Positions 53,293-61,982 of a stretch of 64,000 bases of DNA are shown here, piece by piece. The position numbers and the translations under genes were made by a program. Under the pieces are notes generated by a model. That model ran no database searches and was not told where the DNA came from. It saw only the letters and a program-made list of their open reading frames with translations. This stretch comes from an uncultured Thermoleophilia bacterium (GTDB taxonomy: Bacteria; Actinomycetota; Thermoleophilia; UBA2241): positions 3,654-67,653 of the forward strand of contig CAZFJE010000001.1 of assembly GCA_964519555.1 (NCBI GenBank). Reading direction: 5' to 3'. Position 1 is the first letter of the stretch; each line of letters begins with the position of its first letter.

Positions 53293-53897
53293 CGGGAGTC
53301 GTCCCCGGCCGCGGGCGTATCGGCCGACAGGAGACCGCCGAACACGGGCGGCACACCGGCTTCGTTGAGCGCGCGCGACGCTTCGCCGTCGGCGGCGGGC
53401 TCGGCGGCGCTTTCAGGCCCCCACGCCTCGCCGCCGGCCGCCAGCGCGCGGCCCGCGGCGGTCACCGCCGCGATGATGGCGCCGTAGCCGGTGCAGCGGC
53501 AGAGGTTGCCGGCCAGGGCCACGCGGATCTGACGCTCGGAGGGCTGCGGGTGAGCCAGCAGCAGGGCCTTGGCCGACATGAGCATGCCCGGCGTACAGAA
53601 GCCACATTGCACGGCGCCGTGGTCGATGAACTGCTGCTGCAGCACGTCGAGCTCGCCGTCGCGGGCAAGGCCTTCGACGGTGAGCACACGCTTGTCGCGC
53701 ACCTGTGCGGCGATCACGAGACACGAATCGACCGCGCGATCGTCGATCAGCACGGTGCAGGCGCCGCACTCTCCCTCGCCGCAGCCCTCTTTGGTGCCGG
53801 TCAGACCCAACTCGTCGCGCAAGACGTCGATGAGCCGCGCGGCCGGGTCGACGTCGAGCTCGCGCCGCACTCCGTTGACCTCGAATGACAGGCGCAT
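53289..53897 (-). CDS. Molybdenum hydroxylase (2Fe-2S)-binding small subunit
   Basis: Motifs are GCGEGECGACTV, VQCGFCTPGM and NLCRCTGY. It has an unusually long Ala/Gly/Pro-rich C-terminal tail of about 50 aa. Confidence 0.9.
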   Translation of the reverse strand: MRLSFEVNGVRRELDVDPAARLIDVLRDELGLTGTKEGCGEGECGACTVLIDDRAVDSCLVIAAQVRDKRVLTVEGLARDGELDVLQQQFIDHGAVQCGFCTPGMLMSAKALLLAHPQPSERQIRVALAGNLCRCTGYGAIIAAVTAAGRALAAGGEAWGPESAAEPAADGEASRALNEAGVPPVFGGLLSADTPAAGDDSR

Positions 53898-56164
53898 CAG
53901 TCGCCCTGCCCCTGGGCGAGCGCGGCTACGATCTTCTCAGGCGTCACCGGCAGGTCGGCGAGCGAGGTGCCGAGCGCCTGGTTGATCGCGTTCACCACGG
54001 CGGCGGCCGTAGGCACGACCGCGATCTCGCCCACGCTCTTGGCGCCGTACGGCCCCTCGTCGCCCTCGTGCTCGACGAGCAGCACGCGCACCTTGGGCAT
54101 GTCGGGCGCGTTCACGATGTGGTAGGTCTTGAAGCCGCCGGCTGGGGGTCGGCCGCGATCGTCGAGGCGGACCTCTTCGCACAGGGCCGAGCCGATCCCC
54201 ATCTGCACGGCGCCCACGAACTGGCCCTCGACCATGAGGCGGTTGATGGCCTGCCCCACGTCGCCCACGGCCAGAAAATCGGTGACCGTCGTGAGGCCGG
54301 TGGCGCAGTCGACGCTGACCTCGGCGAACTGCACCGAGTAGGCGCCCGGGTTGCTGGTCGCGCGGTGCGTGTAGTGCACGAAGGCGTCTTCGCTCAGGCG
54401 TGTCTTGGCGGCCATAACGACCGCCCCGTAAGGCAGGTACTCGGCCGGGCCGACGACCGCTTCGACGCGGCCGTCGTGGGCCCTGAGCTCGTGCGCCGGC
54501 CGCTGCATGACGAGGGCGGCCAGTTCGACGAGGCGCGCTTTCAGCGCGGCCGCGGTGCCGCGCGCGGCGGCGCCGCAGACGTAGGTGACGCGGCTGCCGA
54601 AACAGCCGAAGTCGTAGGGCGTCGTGTCGCTGTCGGCTTCGGTGATCGAGACCAGGTCAGGGCTCATCTCCAGCTCCTCGGCGACGATCAGCGCCATCGC
54701 CGTGCGTGTGCCGCAGCCGACCTCGTGCAGGCTCGCGCTCAGGGCGACGCTGCCGTCTTCGTTCATCTTCATGGCCATCGTACTGAAGTCGGGAAAATCG
54801 GTCGACAGGATGCCGTTCTTGTGGGCGCCGCAGGCCATGCCCACGCCGATGCGACGCCGCTCGTCGCCGCGCGGGGTGCGCAGGCGTTCGCGCCAGCCGA
54901 AAGCCTCGGCGCCGCGCTCGAGGCACTCGCGCACCCGGGCGTCGCCCAACGACATGCCGCTGAGGGCATCGATGTCATGAGGCTGCACCAGGTTCTGAAG
55001 GCGCAGGTCGATGGGGTCGATGCCGAGCTCGCGGGCCACCTGGTCGAAGGCGATCTCGAGGGCGGTCACGAACTCGGGCGCGCCGTAGCCGCGACAGCCG
55101 CCGCCGACAGGGGTCGTCGTATAGGCCACCCGGCCGTGGTGATGGTAGTGCGGCACTCGGTAGAGCCGGGTGAGCTTGTGAGCCATCATGCCGGCGTAGT
55201 CGGGCGAGCTCGTCGCGTAAGCGCCGGCATCGAGGACGGTGTCGACGTCGACGTCTTCGAGGCGCCCGTCGCGCGACACGCCCAGCGAGACACGTGACAC
55301 GGTGGCCGGCCGCACCATGGTGCCCGCGATGCACTGCGCCCGGTCGAGCACGAGCTTGACCGGGCGCTTGGTGGCCATCGCCATGAAGGCGGTCACGGGC
55401 TCGAGAATGAACTCCTGCTTGCCGCCGAACGACCCGCCCATGGGCACCTTGATCACCCGCACGCGGTTGTAGCTCAGGCCGAAGAGGTCGGCCACCACGG
55501 TGCGTGCCCCAAAGACGCTCTGCGTGGGGCTCCAGATGGTGAGCTTGCCCGACTCGTCGTAGTCGGCCAGGCAAAGGTGTGGTTCGATCGCGGCGTGGTG
55601 GAGCCGCGGCGTCGCCACGGTGATGGTCACGGTGACGGCGTCGGCCCGGCGCGCGATGGGCTCGCCCACCGTCTGGTCGAACTCGTGCAGCAGGTTGCCC
55701 GCGGGGTGGATGGGCGACGCGCCCTCGCGCAGCGCCGCCTCGGGCGTGAGGAGCTCGGGGAGCTCCTCGTAGTCGACGTCGACCAGCGCAACGGCGTCGG
55801 CGGCGGTCTGCGCGTCGGTGGCCACGACCGCCGCCACGCGGTCGCCCACGAAGCGCGCCGTGGCGGTGAACAGGGTCTCGTCTTCGGGGCAGAGGGCCTG
55901 TCCGGGCAGGATGCGGTAGCGGCTGTAGGGGGCGGCCGGGGCGTTCAGGTGAGAGAAGACGGCGATCACGCCGGGCAGAGCCAGGGCCTTGCTCGCGTCG
56001 ATGCCGACGATGTGGGCGTGAGCCACGGGGCTGAGCAGCAGCCTCGCGTGGAGCATGCGCGGCAGATCCATGTCGATGCCGTAGACAAGGCCGCTGGTCA
56101 CTTTCAGCGCGGCATCGGCGATCGGGTGATCCCGGCCGACGACGCGCAACCCGCTCTGTGTCAC
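53897..56164 (-). CDS. Molybdopterin-binding large subunit of a xanthine dehydrogenase/aldehyde oxidase-family enzyme
   Basis: 755 aa with GGSFGGK, GCRGYGAPE, EVGCGTRTAMA, GVGQAIN-type motifs and a C-terminal YGAKSVGE. The substrate cannot be inferred. Confidence 0.9.
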   Translation of the reverse strand: MTQSGLRVVGRDHPIADAALKVTSGLVYGIDMDLPRMLHARLLLSPVAHAHIVGIDASKALALPGVIAVFSHLNAPAAPYSRYRILPGQALCPEDETLFTATARFVGDRVAAVVATDAQTAADAVALVDVDYEELPELLTPEAALREGASPIHPAGNLLHEFDQTVGEPIARRADAVTVTITVATPRLHHAAIEPHLCLADYDESGKLTIWSPTQSVFGARTVVADLFGLSYNRVRVIKVPMGGSFGGKQEFILEPVTAFMAMATKRPVKLVLDRAQCIAGTMVRPATVSRVSLGVSRDGRLEDVDVDTVLDAGAYATSSPDYAGMMAHKLTRLYRVPHYHHHGRVAYTTTPVGGGCRGYGAPEFVTALEIAFDQVARELGIDPIDLRLQNLVQPHDIDALSGMSLGDARVRECLERGAEAFGWRERLRTPRGDERRRIGVGMACGAHKNGILSTDFPDFSTMAMKMNEDGSVALSASLHEVGCGTRTAMALIVAEELEMSPDLVSITEADSDTTPYDFGCFGSRVTYVCGAAARGTAAALKARLVELAALVMQRPAHELRAHDGRVEAVVGPAEYLPYGAVVMAAKTRLSEDAFVHYTHRATSNPGAYSVQFAEVSVDCATGLTTVTDFLAVGDVGQAINRLMVEGQFVGAVQMGIGSALCEEVRLDDRGRPPAGGFKTYHIVNAPDMPKVRVLLVEHEGDEGPYGAKSVGEIAVVPTAAAVVNAINQALGTSLADLPVTPEKIVAALAQGQGD

Positions 56165-56407
56165 TACCTACCCCTCGCCGGTTTGGGGCGACCCCACCGG
56201 GGCGGCGCTGCCGCCGCTACGGTGGCGCCCGCGCGAATGCCGGCGCTTCCTCTCCTATGGTTTTCACTGGTGGTCTGTTTCTATGATATGCGAGACGGGG
56301 CCTGAGTGTGACCGCTCTTTGCTGCACAGCGCGGCGGAGTCCCCCGCCGACGCCCCGCGGCAACGGCTACTCGCCGGCCGCCGCGCCACGTCGTTGAGCG
56401 CGCGGGC

Positions 56408-57616
56408 GTGGTCAAGCACCTCAGCCTCCTGTGCTTCACGAGCCTCACACAGGGCTGGGTCGCGGGCCAGGGCACGATCGCCCACACAAGCGACGGGGGG
56501 GCGCACTGGAGCGTGCAACTCGCCATCAAGCCGACCATCAGTTCGCTTTCGTTCGCCACCGCGAGCGACGGCTGGGCCGCGGCCGGCGGCGTGGTCTACC
56601 GCACGACCGACGGCGGGGCCCACTGGGAGCACCAGACCACGGCGCCGTTCGCCTCCTGGATCGTCGGGCTGAAGCCGGCCGGCGCGGCCGTGCTCGCGAG
56701 GCCCATCTACGGCGGTTCGGGCGGTCTCGCCTCCACCTCTGACGGCGGTGCGACCTGGATCGCGCAGGCGTCGGGCACCACGGCCGACCTGAACGACGTG
56801 CACTTCATCGACCCCGCAGACGGCTGGGCGGTCGGCGACCAGGGCGTCATCGCGAACTCCACGAACGGCGGCGCGACCTGGACCGCGCAGGCCTCTGGCG
56901 TGACCGACGACCTTCGCGGCGTCTCGTTCGTCGATGCCCAGCACGGCTGGGCGGTCGGCCACAGCCCCGACACGCCCACGACCCTCCTGCTGGCCACGCC
57001 CGTCATTCTGGCCACGACCGACGGCGGCGCCCACTGGCTCACGCAGACCGCACCGCTCCCCTACGACGCCGAGCTGCGCGGCGTCGTCTTCGCCGACGCT
57101 GCGCATGGCTGGGCGGTCGGCACGATCCTCGGCGACGTGCACAGGACCGCCTCGGTGATCCTCGCTACCACCGACGGCGGCGCCACCTGGAAGAGGCAGC
57201 TCGCCTACCTCGCACCGCAAGACGAGAACGTGCCCGAAGGCGTGCTCACCGCCATCGCCTGCAGCGACGCCCGCCACCTCATAGCGGTCGGCCTCGACGA
57301 CCTCGGGTGCGAGATCTTCCGCAGCGCGGACGGCGGAGCGACATGGACCGGACTCTCACGCGCGGCCACGTCGAGTCTGGGCTACCCGCGGCTCTCCGGC
57401 GTCGCCATGGCTGGCGCCGCGCGCGGGTGGCCCGTAGGGGAGTGCCCGGACGGTAGCGGTATCGTGCTCGAGACGACCAACGGCGGCGCCACCTGGCACA
57501 GACAGTCGGTGGGCGCGCAGGTCGACGCCGTGAGCTTCGCCAGCCCCACCCACGGCTGGGTGGCCGGCGTCAACGCGAACATCCTGACGACCACGACGGC
57601 CGGCAACGCGCCGTAA
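56408..57616 (+). CDS. BNR/Asp-box beta-propeller protein (Ycf48-like)
   Basis: There are eight S/T-x-D/N-G-G-A-(T/H)-W boxes (TSDGGAHW, TTDGGAHW, TSDGGATW, STNGGATW, TTDGGAHW, TTDGGATW, SADGGATW, TTNGGATW). There is no signal peptide, and the first available start (GTG 56408) falls inside a blade-like segment. Confidence 0.8.
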   Translation: MVKHLSLLCFTSLTQGWVAGQGTIAHTSDGGAHWSVQLAIKPTISSLSFATASDGWAAAGGVVYRTTDGGAHWEHQTTAPFASWIVGLKPAGAAVLARPIYGGSGGLASTSDGGATWIAQASGTTADLNDVHFIDPADGWAVGDQGVIANSTNGGATWTAQASGVTDDLRGVSFVDAQHGWAVGHSPDTPTTLLLATPVILATTDGGAHWLTQTAPLPYDAELRGVVFADAAHGWAVGTILGDVHRTASVILATTDGGATWKRQLAYLAPQDENVPEGVLTAIACSDARHLIAVGLDDLGCEIFRSADGGATWTGLSRAATSSLGYPRLSGVAMAGAARGWPVGECPDGSGIVLETTNGGATWHRQSVGAQVDAVSFASPTHGWVAGVNANILTTTTAGNAP

Positions 57617-57873
57617 GAACGCCGCTGGTCGAGTGCTTTGTGAGTCGCGAAGCCCGGTTCAGCGTAGGACCGCGCGCAGGTAGTACACCCAGAACGCGGT
57701 GCGGGTCCGATCGGAGCTCGCCGACCGGCGAAGACGGGGCACCGTGCGCTCCGTGGTGCCCGTCATGTGAGCAAACGCCGCCACGTCGTGTGGGGTCGCA
57801 TCGTCACGTCGCGGGCACTCTGGCACAGCCGCCGGAGGCAGCCGCGCCGGGGGCGGTGCAGTATTCTTGAGGC

Positions 57874-59088
57874 ATGCAGCCCGTGGAAGACAACTGCAGG
57901 CCGGCCTCACGGCCCGCCCTGTTCGCGCTCTCGTTCGGACACGGCTCCGTCGACGTCTGCTCGGGAGCCCTGTTCGCGCTGCTGCCGTTCCTCGTGAAGG
58001 AGCACCACTACAACTACGTGGCCGCCGGCGTGTTCGCGCTCACCTTCAGCTTGGCGAACGCCGTCCTCCAGCCCCTGTTCGGCGCTCAGGGCGACCGCCG
58101 CGAGGCGCGCTGGCTGCTGACGGTCGGGCTCGTCGTCGCCGGTCTCGGCCTGGGTGCGATCGGCTTCACCACGCGTTACCCGCTCACGCTCGGGGCCGTC
58201 GCCCTGTGCAGCGCCGGGATCGCCTCGTACCACCCCGAGGGGGCGCGCTGGGCGCGACGCGCCTGCGGCAGCCGCGTGACCGCCGACATGAGCGTCTTCT
58301 CGGTGGGCGGCGGCTTGGGCTACGCCGTCGGGCCGCTCCTCGTAGCCGCGGCGCTCGCCGTTCTGGGCCTGCACGGCACGCTGCTCATGGCGCTCATCCC
58401 CTTCGCCGCGGCGGCAGTCGTGCTGGTCGCGATGCGCAGCTTCGTGCAAACGCCCGCCGCCACGCATCCGCGCCACCAGCGCGTGCTCTGCCTCCCCTCC
58501 GAATGGCGCCCATTCGCCCTGCTCGTCGGGCTGTGCGCCGTCGGCAGCGGCGTGTCGACCGGCCTCATCACCTACGTACCGCTCTTCGCGCTGCATACGA
58601 CGAAGAACGCCACGGCGAGCACCGTGCTGCTGAGCGTCATGTTCGCCGCGGCGGCGGCCGGCACACTGCTGGGCGGCATGGCCGCCCAGCGCTTCGGCCG
58701 CCGCTTCGTGCTGGTCGTGCCGCAGATCGTGCTCGTGCCGGCCATCGCCGTCCTGCCCAGCCTGGGCTACGGCGCGACGATCCCCGTGGTCGCGCTACTG
58801 GGCGTCGCCATGAACTTCACCATGAGCACGACGCTGGTGCTCGCCCAGGAGTACCTGCCGGCCCGCATGGGCCTCGCCTCGGGTCTGACGATCGGCCTGT
58901 GCGGTGGCGCCGGTGGTTTGATCGTGGCCGCACTGGGGCTGCTCGGCGACGCCCGCGGACTGGGCGCCGTGCTCTACGCGCTCGCCGCGCTGCCGCTCGC
59001 GGCCGCTGTGCTGGCCTGGCGGCTGCCGCGCCCGGCGGCGGCCCCGCCTGAGACCCTCTGGGGCCTGCGCGCCGCAGCCCGCGGCTGA
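57874..59088 (+). CDS. MFS transporter
   Basis: 12 TM helices, 404 aa. GAQGDRREARWLL matches the loop 2-3 motif region. Confidence 0.85.
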   Translation: MQPVEDNCRPASRPALFALSFGHGSVDVCSGALFALLPFLVKEHHYNYVAAGVFALTFSLANAVLQPLFGAQGDRREARWLLTVGLVVAGLGLGAIGFTTRYPLTLGAVALCSAGIASYHPEGARWARRACGSRVTADMSVFSVGGGLGYAVGPLLVAAALAVLGLHGTLLMALIPFAAAAVVLVAMRSFVQTPAATHPRHQRVLCLPSEWRPFALLVGLCAVGSGVSTGLITYVPLFALHTTKNATASTVLLSVMFAAAAAGTLLGGMAAQRFGRRFVLVVPQIVLVPAIAVLPSLGYGATIPVVALLGVAMNFTMSTTLVLAQEYLPARMGLASGLTIGLCGGAGGLIVAALGLLGDARGLGAVLYALAALPLAAAVLAWRLPRPAAAPPETLWGLRAAARG

Positions 59089-59108
59089 GCCGGCCACCAC
59101 CGGATCGG

Positions 59109-59690
59109 TCAGGACGTGGCGTTTGCCTGCGCCAGGCGCGCCGCCGACAACGGGCGTCGCTCGACCAGGTCGGCGAGCCACTCGCCGATCAACGGCGTGA
59201 ACTTGGCCGCGTGCCCCGAACAGGCCGAGCACACCACGAGAGCGCCGTAGCGCGCGACGAGGAAGTCCTGGCTGGAGGTCCAGGTGTACAGGCAGTCGCG
59301 CTCCGCGACCGGCTCGGGGTCGAGTCCGGGCCAGAAGCGACGCACGTAATCGCTCATGCGGCGCCGCGTGGCGGGATCGTGGTCGCGGCCGTGGTCGAGC
59401 CCGCCGGTGGTGACCAGCAGGGTCGCGCCCGCGGCCCGTTCGAGCTCGCGCCAGAGCTCAAGAGCCTGCCCGGTCATGGCCACGTACTCGGCCTCGGGGT
59501 AGGCGCGCCGGAAGATGCGCGAGCTGTCGTGCGAGCTGCCGTACCGGTGCCCCGCGCGGTGCGCGTCGAAGGCCACGACCTCGTGGCCGCGGCGCGCCAA
59601 GGCCCAGGTGGCGGCGGTCCCCTTGAGGCCTAGACCGACGACGACCACCTCGACCCGGTCGGGCACCTGGGCGAGCTCCTCCGCGGTCAT
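59109..59690 (-). CDS. Internally shortened FAD-dependent amine oxidase (MSOX/SolA-like); possibly non-functional
   Basis: The N-terminal 90 aa are a FAD-binding fold (VVVVGLGLKGTAATWALARRG, SSHDSSRIFRRAY). The C-terminal 90 aa match the end of sarcosine oxidases (RDCLYTWTSSQDFLV, SGHAAKFTPLIGEWLADL). The central region of about 190 aa is missing (193 aa against about 380). Confidence 0.7.
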   Translation of the reverse strand: MTAEELAQVPDRVEVVVVGLGLKGTAATWALARRGHEVVAFDAHRAGHRYGSSHDSSRIFRRAYPEAEYVAMTGQALELWRELERAAGATLLVTTGGLDHGRDHDPATRRRMSDYVRRFWPGLDPEPVAERDCLYTWTSSQDFLVARYGALVVCSACSGHAAKFTPLIGEWLADLVERRPLSAARLAQANATS

Positions 59691-59727
59691 GCGACCTGTG
59701 CGCCTCGGCGGCGCTGCCGGCCTCTGG

Positions 59728-60141
59728 TCAGTCGACGGCCTCGAGCATGGCCTTGAAGGCGGAAAGGTCGTGGTCGGCGCGGCGATTCATCCAGTGGCGC
59801 ACGGTGTCGGGCTTACCATCCCAGGCCGCCGGGTCGTACTCGAGCTGATAGGTCACCTTCGTCGTGCCGGCGGCGAGCTTCTCGAAGCGGACCTCGCCGG
59901 TCTCGCGACCGTCGACGGCGCGCCACGTGACCTTCTCGTCGAGCACGTGATCGACGACGTCGGCATCCCACTCGAAGGTGTCGTCTTCGATGATCGCCAC
60001 CCAGTGCAGACGATCGTCCTGGACCAGTGTCACCGTCTCGACTGTCTCCATGAACTTCGGAAAGTCCTCGAAGGCCGTCCAGGCCTCGTAGACCAGGCGA
60101 ATGTCCGCCGCGATCTCGGTCGTCTTGTCGATGAACGCCAT
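59728..60141 (-). CDS. SRPBCC (START/polyketide cyclase-like) protein
   Basis: 137 aa. TTEIAADIRLVYEAWTAFEDFPKFMETVETV..WVAIIEDDTFEWDADVV is typical of Polyketide_cyc2. The start is ATG 60141. Confidence 0.85.
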   Translation of the reverse strand: MAFIDKTTEIAADIRLVYEAWTAFEDFPKFMETVETVTLVQDDRLHWVAIIEDDTFEWDADVVDHVLDEKVTWRAVDGRETGEVRFEKLAAGTTKVTYQLEYDPAAWDGKPDTVRHWMNRRADHDLSAFKAMLEAVD

Positions 60142-60289
60142 GCTTTGCCTTTCGTCGCTTTCGGTCTGTGCTCCCGACGTACCCCACCAGCCGTCCGACG
60201 AATCTGGTCGCACCACGACTTGCCCTGTGCCCTCCTCTCGCCGCCACACGGTTGCTGTAGATCAGTTGTGTCGGCTACGGTGCACCTTA

Positions 60290-60946
60290 ATGGCAAGAGC
60301 GGCGGAGCAACTGGGCATGCAGCGACTGATCGACTCGCTCATCGACGGCAACAGAGACGCGGCGCTGACCGAGGCGCGGCGGCTGCGCGCCGCCGGGGTG
60401 CCGGTCGAACGCATCGTGAGCGAGGGCCTGGAGACCGCCATGGAACAGGTCGATGCGAAGTGCACGGTCGAAGCCTTCAACCTGCTCGAGATCATGCTGG
60501 TCGGGCGGGCGGTCACCGTGGTCGCCGGCGAGCTCTACCCACGGGGGGCGCCCCCCGGCCGCACCAGGGCCACCGTGGCCATCGCTTCGCCCGAGGGCGA
60601 CGTTCACGACCTCGGCAAGAACATCGTGGCCATGGTGCTCAGCGGCAAGGGATTCCGCGTCGTCGACCTCGGCAGGGACTGCCCGCTCGACACGCTGCTC
60701 GAGGGCGCGCGGCGCGAGCCGGTCGTCGCGGTCCTGCTGAGCGGCCTGATCACCACGGTCATCCCGCAGGTGCGTCGCGTCAGGCCCGCCCTGGCCGGCC
60801 GGGGACTCGGCTCCGTGAAGGTCGTGGCAGGCGGCGCCGCCTTGCGCCAGGCCTCGGCGGAACAGCTCGACGTCGACTACGTCGCCCAGACCGCCTTCGA
60901 CGGGGCACACTATCTCGAGACGCTCTTCCCGGCGGTGACCTCGTGA
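60290..60946 (+). CDS. Corrinoid (cobalamin-binding) protein with B12-binding_2 cap and Rossmann B12-binding domain
   Basis: The DxHxxG motif is GDVHDLGKN. The SxL region is VLLSGLITT and the GG region is VVAGGAAL. The N-terminal four-helix cap is LIDSLIDGNRDAALTEARRL. The start is ATG 60290. Confidence 0.85.
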   Translation: MARAAEQLGMQRLIDSLIDGNRDAALTEARRLRAAGVPVERIVSEGLETAMEQVDAKCTVEAFNLLEIMLVGRAVTVVAGELYPRGAPPGRTRATVAIASPEGDVHDLGKNIVAMVLSGKGFRVVDLGRDCPLDTLLEGARREPVVAVLLSGLITTVIPQVRRVRPALAGRGLGSVKVVAGGAALRQASAEQLDVDYVAQTAFDGAHYLETLFPAVTS

Positions 60947-60968
60947 AGCTCTCCCCGGCAGCGGTCTC

Positions 60969-61982
60969 GTGAACGCCATCGCACGCGTGCGCGCGGCGGT
61001 CGCCTTTGGCGAGACCGACCGCACGCCCGTGATCCCGCAAATCTTCGCCCACGCCGCCGTGCTGTGCGGGGTGCCGGTCGGCGACTACGCCCACGATGGC
61101 GCCCTGCTGGCGCGTTGCCAGATGGCAGCCGCCCGGCACTACGGCCACGATGCCGTGTTTGCCTTCATGGACGCGGGCGTCGAAGCAGAGGCCGTCGGCT
61201 CGGTCCTGCGATACCACAGCGCGCAATACGCCACGGTCGCCTCGTACGCGCTCGCCCCGGACGACGCGATCGATGGGCTGGCCGTGCCCGACCCGCACGT
61301 CGCGGGACGCATGCCGGAGCTGCTGCGCGCCGTCACGGCGCTGCGCGCCGGGATCGGCGACGAGCTGCCGGTGGTCGCGGTCGTGCTCGGGCCCATGAGC
61401 CTCGCCCAGCAGCTCATGGGTGCCGAAGCGGCCCTGTACCTGGCCGCCGACGAGCCCCAGCGCTTCGAGGAGCTGCTCGGATTCACCACCCGGGTCGGCT
61501 TGCGCCACGGCCAAGCCCTGCTGGCCGCCGGCGCCCACGTGGCGCTCGTGTTCGAGCCAGCCGGCTCGCCGGCCGTCGTGCCGCCGGCGTACTTTCGCGA
61601 GCTGTTGCTGCCGCGCTTGGGCGAGCTGTTCTCGGCCTTCAGGCAGGCGGGGGCGCTGGCCACGTGGCTGCACATCGCCGGTCCGACCGCGCCGATCCTG
61701 GGCAACTACCCGCGGGCGGGGGCCGACATCGCCAACATCGACTACGAGGTCGATCCGCTCGACGCCGCGCGGATCCTGCCGCGCACCTGTCTCGACGGCA
61801 ATCTGCGCTCGCTCTCGTTCGTGCTGGACTCCCCCGACGAGATCGGTGTCGAGTGTCGCCGGCTCGCGGCGCTCTTCGAAGCTCGTGGCGGGTTCATCCT
61901 TTCATCGGGCTGCGAGATCCCCCTCGAAGCCAGGCCCGAGAACGTGGCAGCCATGGTCGCCGCGGTCCAGAGCGACTCGTGA
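60969..61982 (+). CDS. URO-D-superfamily methyltransferase (MtaA/CmuA-like methylcobamide methyltransferase)
   Basis: 337 aa with ETDRTPVIPQIFAHAA, DAGVEAEAVG, VVLGPMSLAQQLMG, FEPAGS, HIAG and SSGCEIPLEARPENV. The start is GTG 60969, 22 nt after the corrinoid gene stop. Confidence 0.8.
   Translation: MNAIARVRAAVAFGETDRTPVIPQIFAHAAVLCGVPVGDYAHDGALLARCQMAAARHYGHDAVFAFMDAGVEAEAVGSVLRYHSAQYATVASYALAPDDAIDGLAVPDPHVAGRMPELLRAVTALRAGIGDELPVVAVVLGPMSLAQQLMGAEAALYLAADEPQRFEELLGFTTRVGLRHGQALLAAGAHVALVFEPAGSPAVVPPAYFRELLLPRLGELFSAFRQAGALATWLHIAGPTAPILGNYPRAGADIANIDYEVDPLDAARILPRTCLDGNLRSLSFVLDSPDEIGVECRRLAALFEARGGFILSSGCEIPLEARPENVAAMVAAVQSDS

Noticed and set aside
56165-56407. A possible Moco or other riboswitch in the leader of the molybdenum hydroxylase operon.
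   Set aside because: I could not recognise any known riboswitch consensus by eye. The region is short and also has to hold the divergent promoter. It needs an Rfam scan before any claim.
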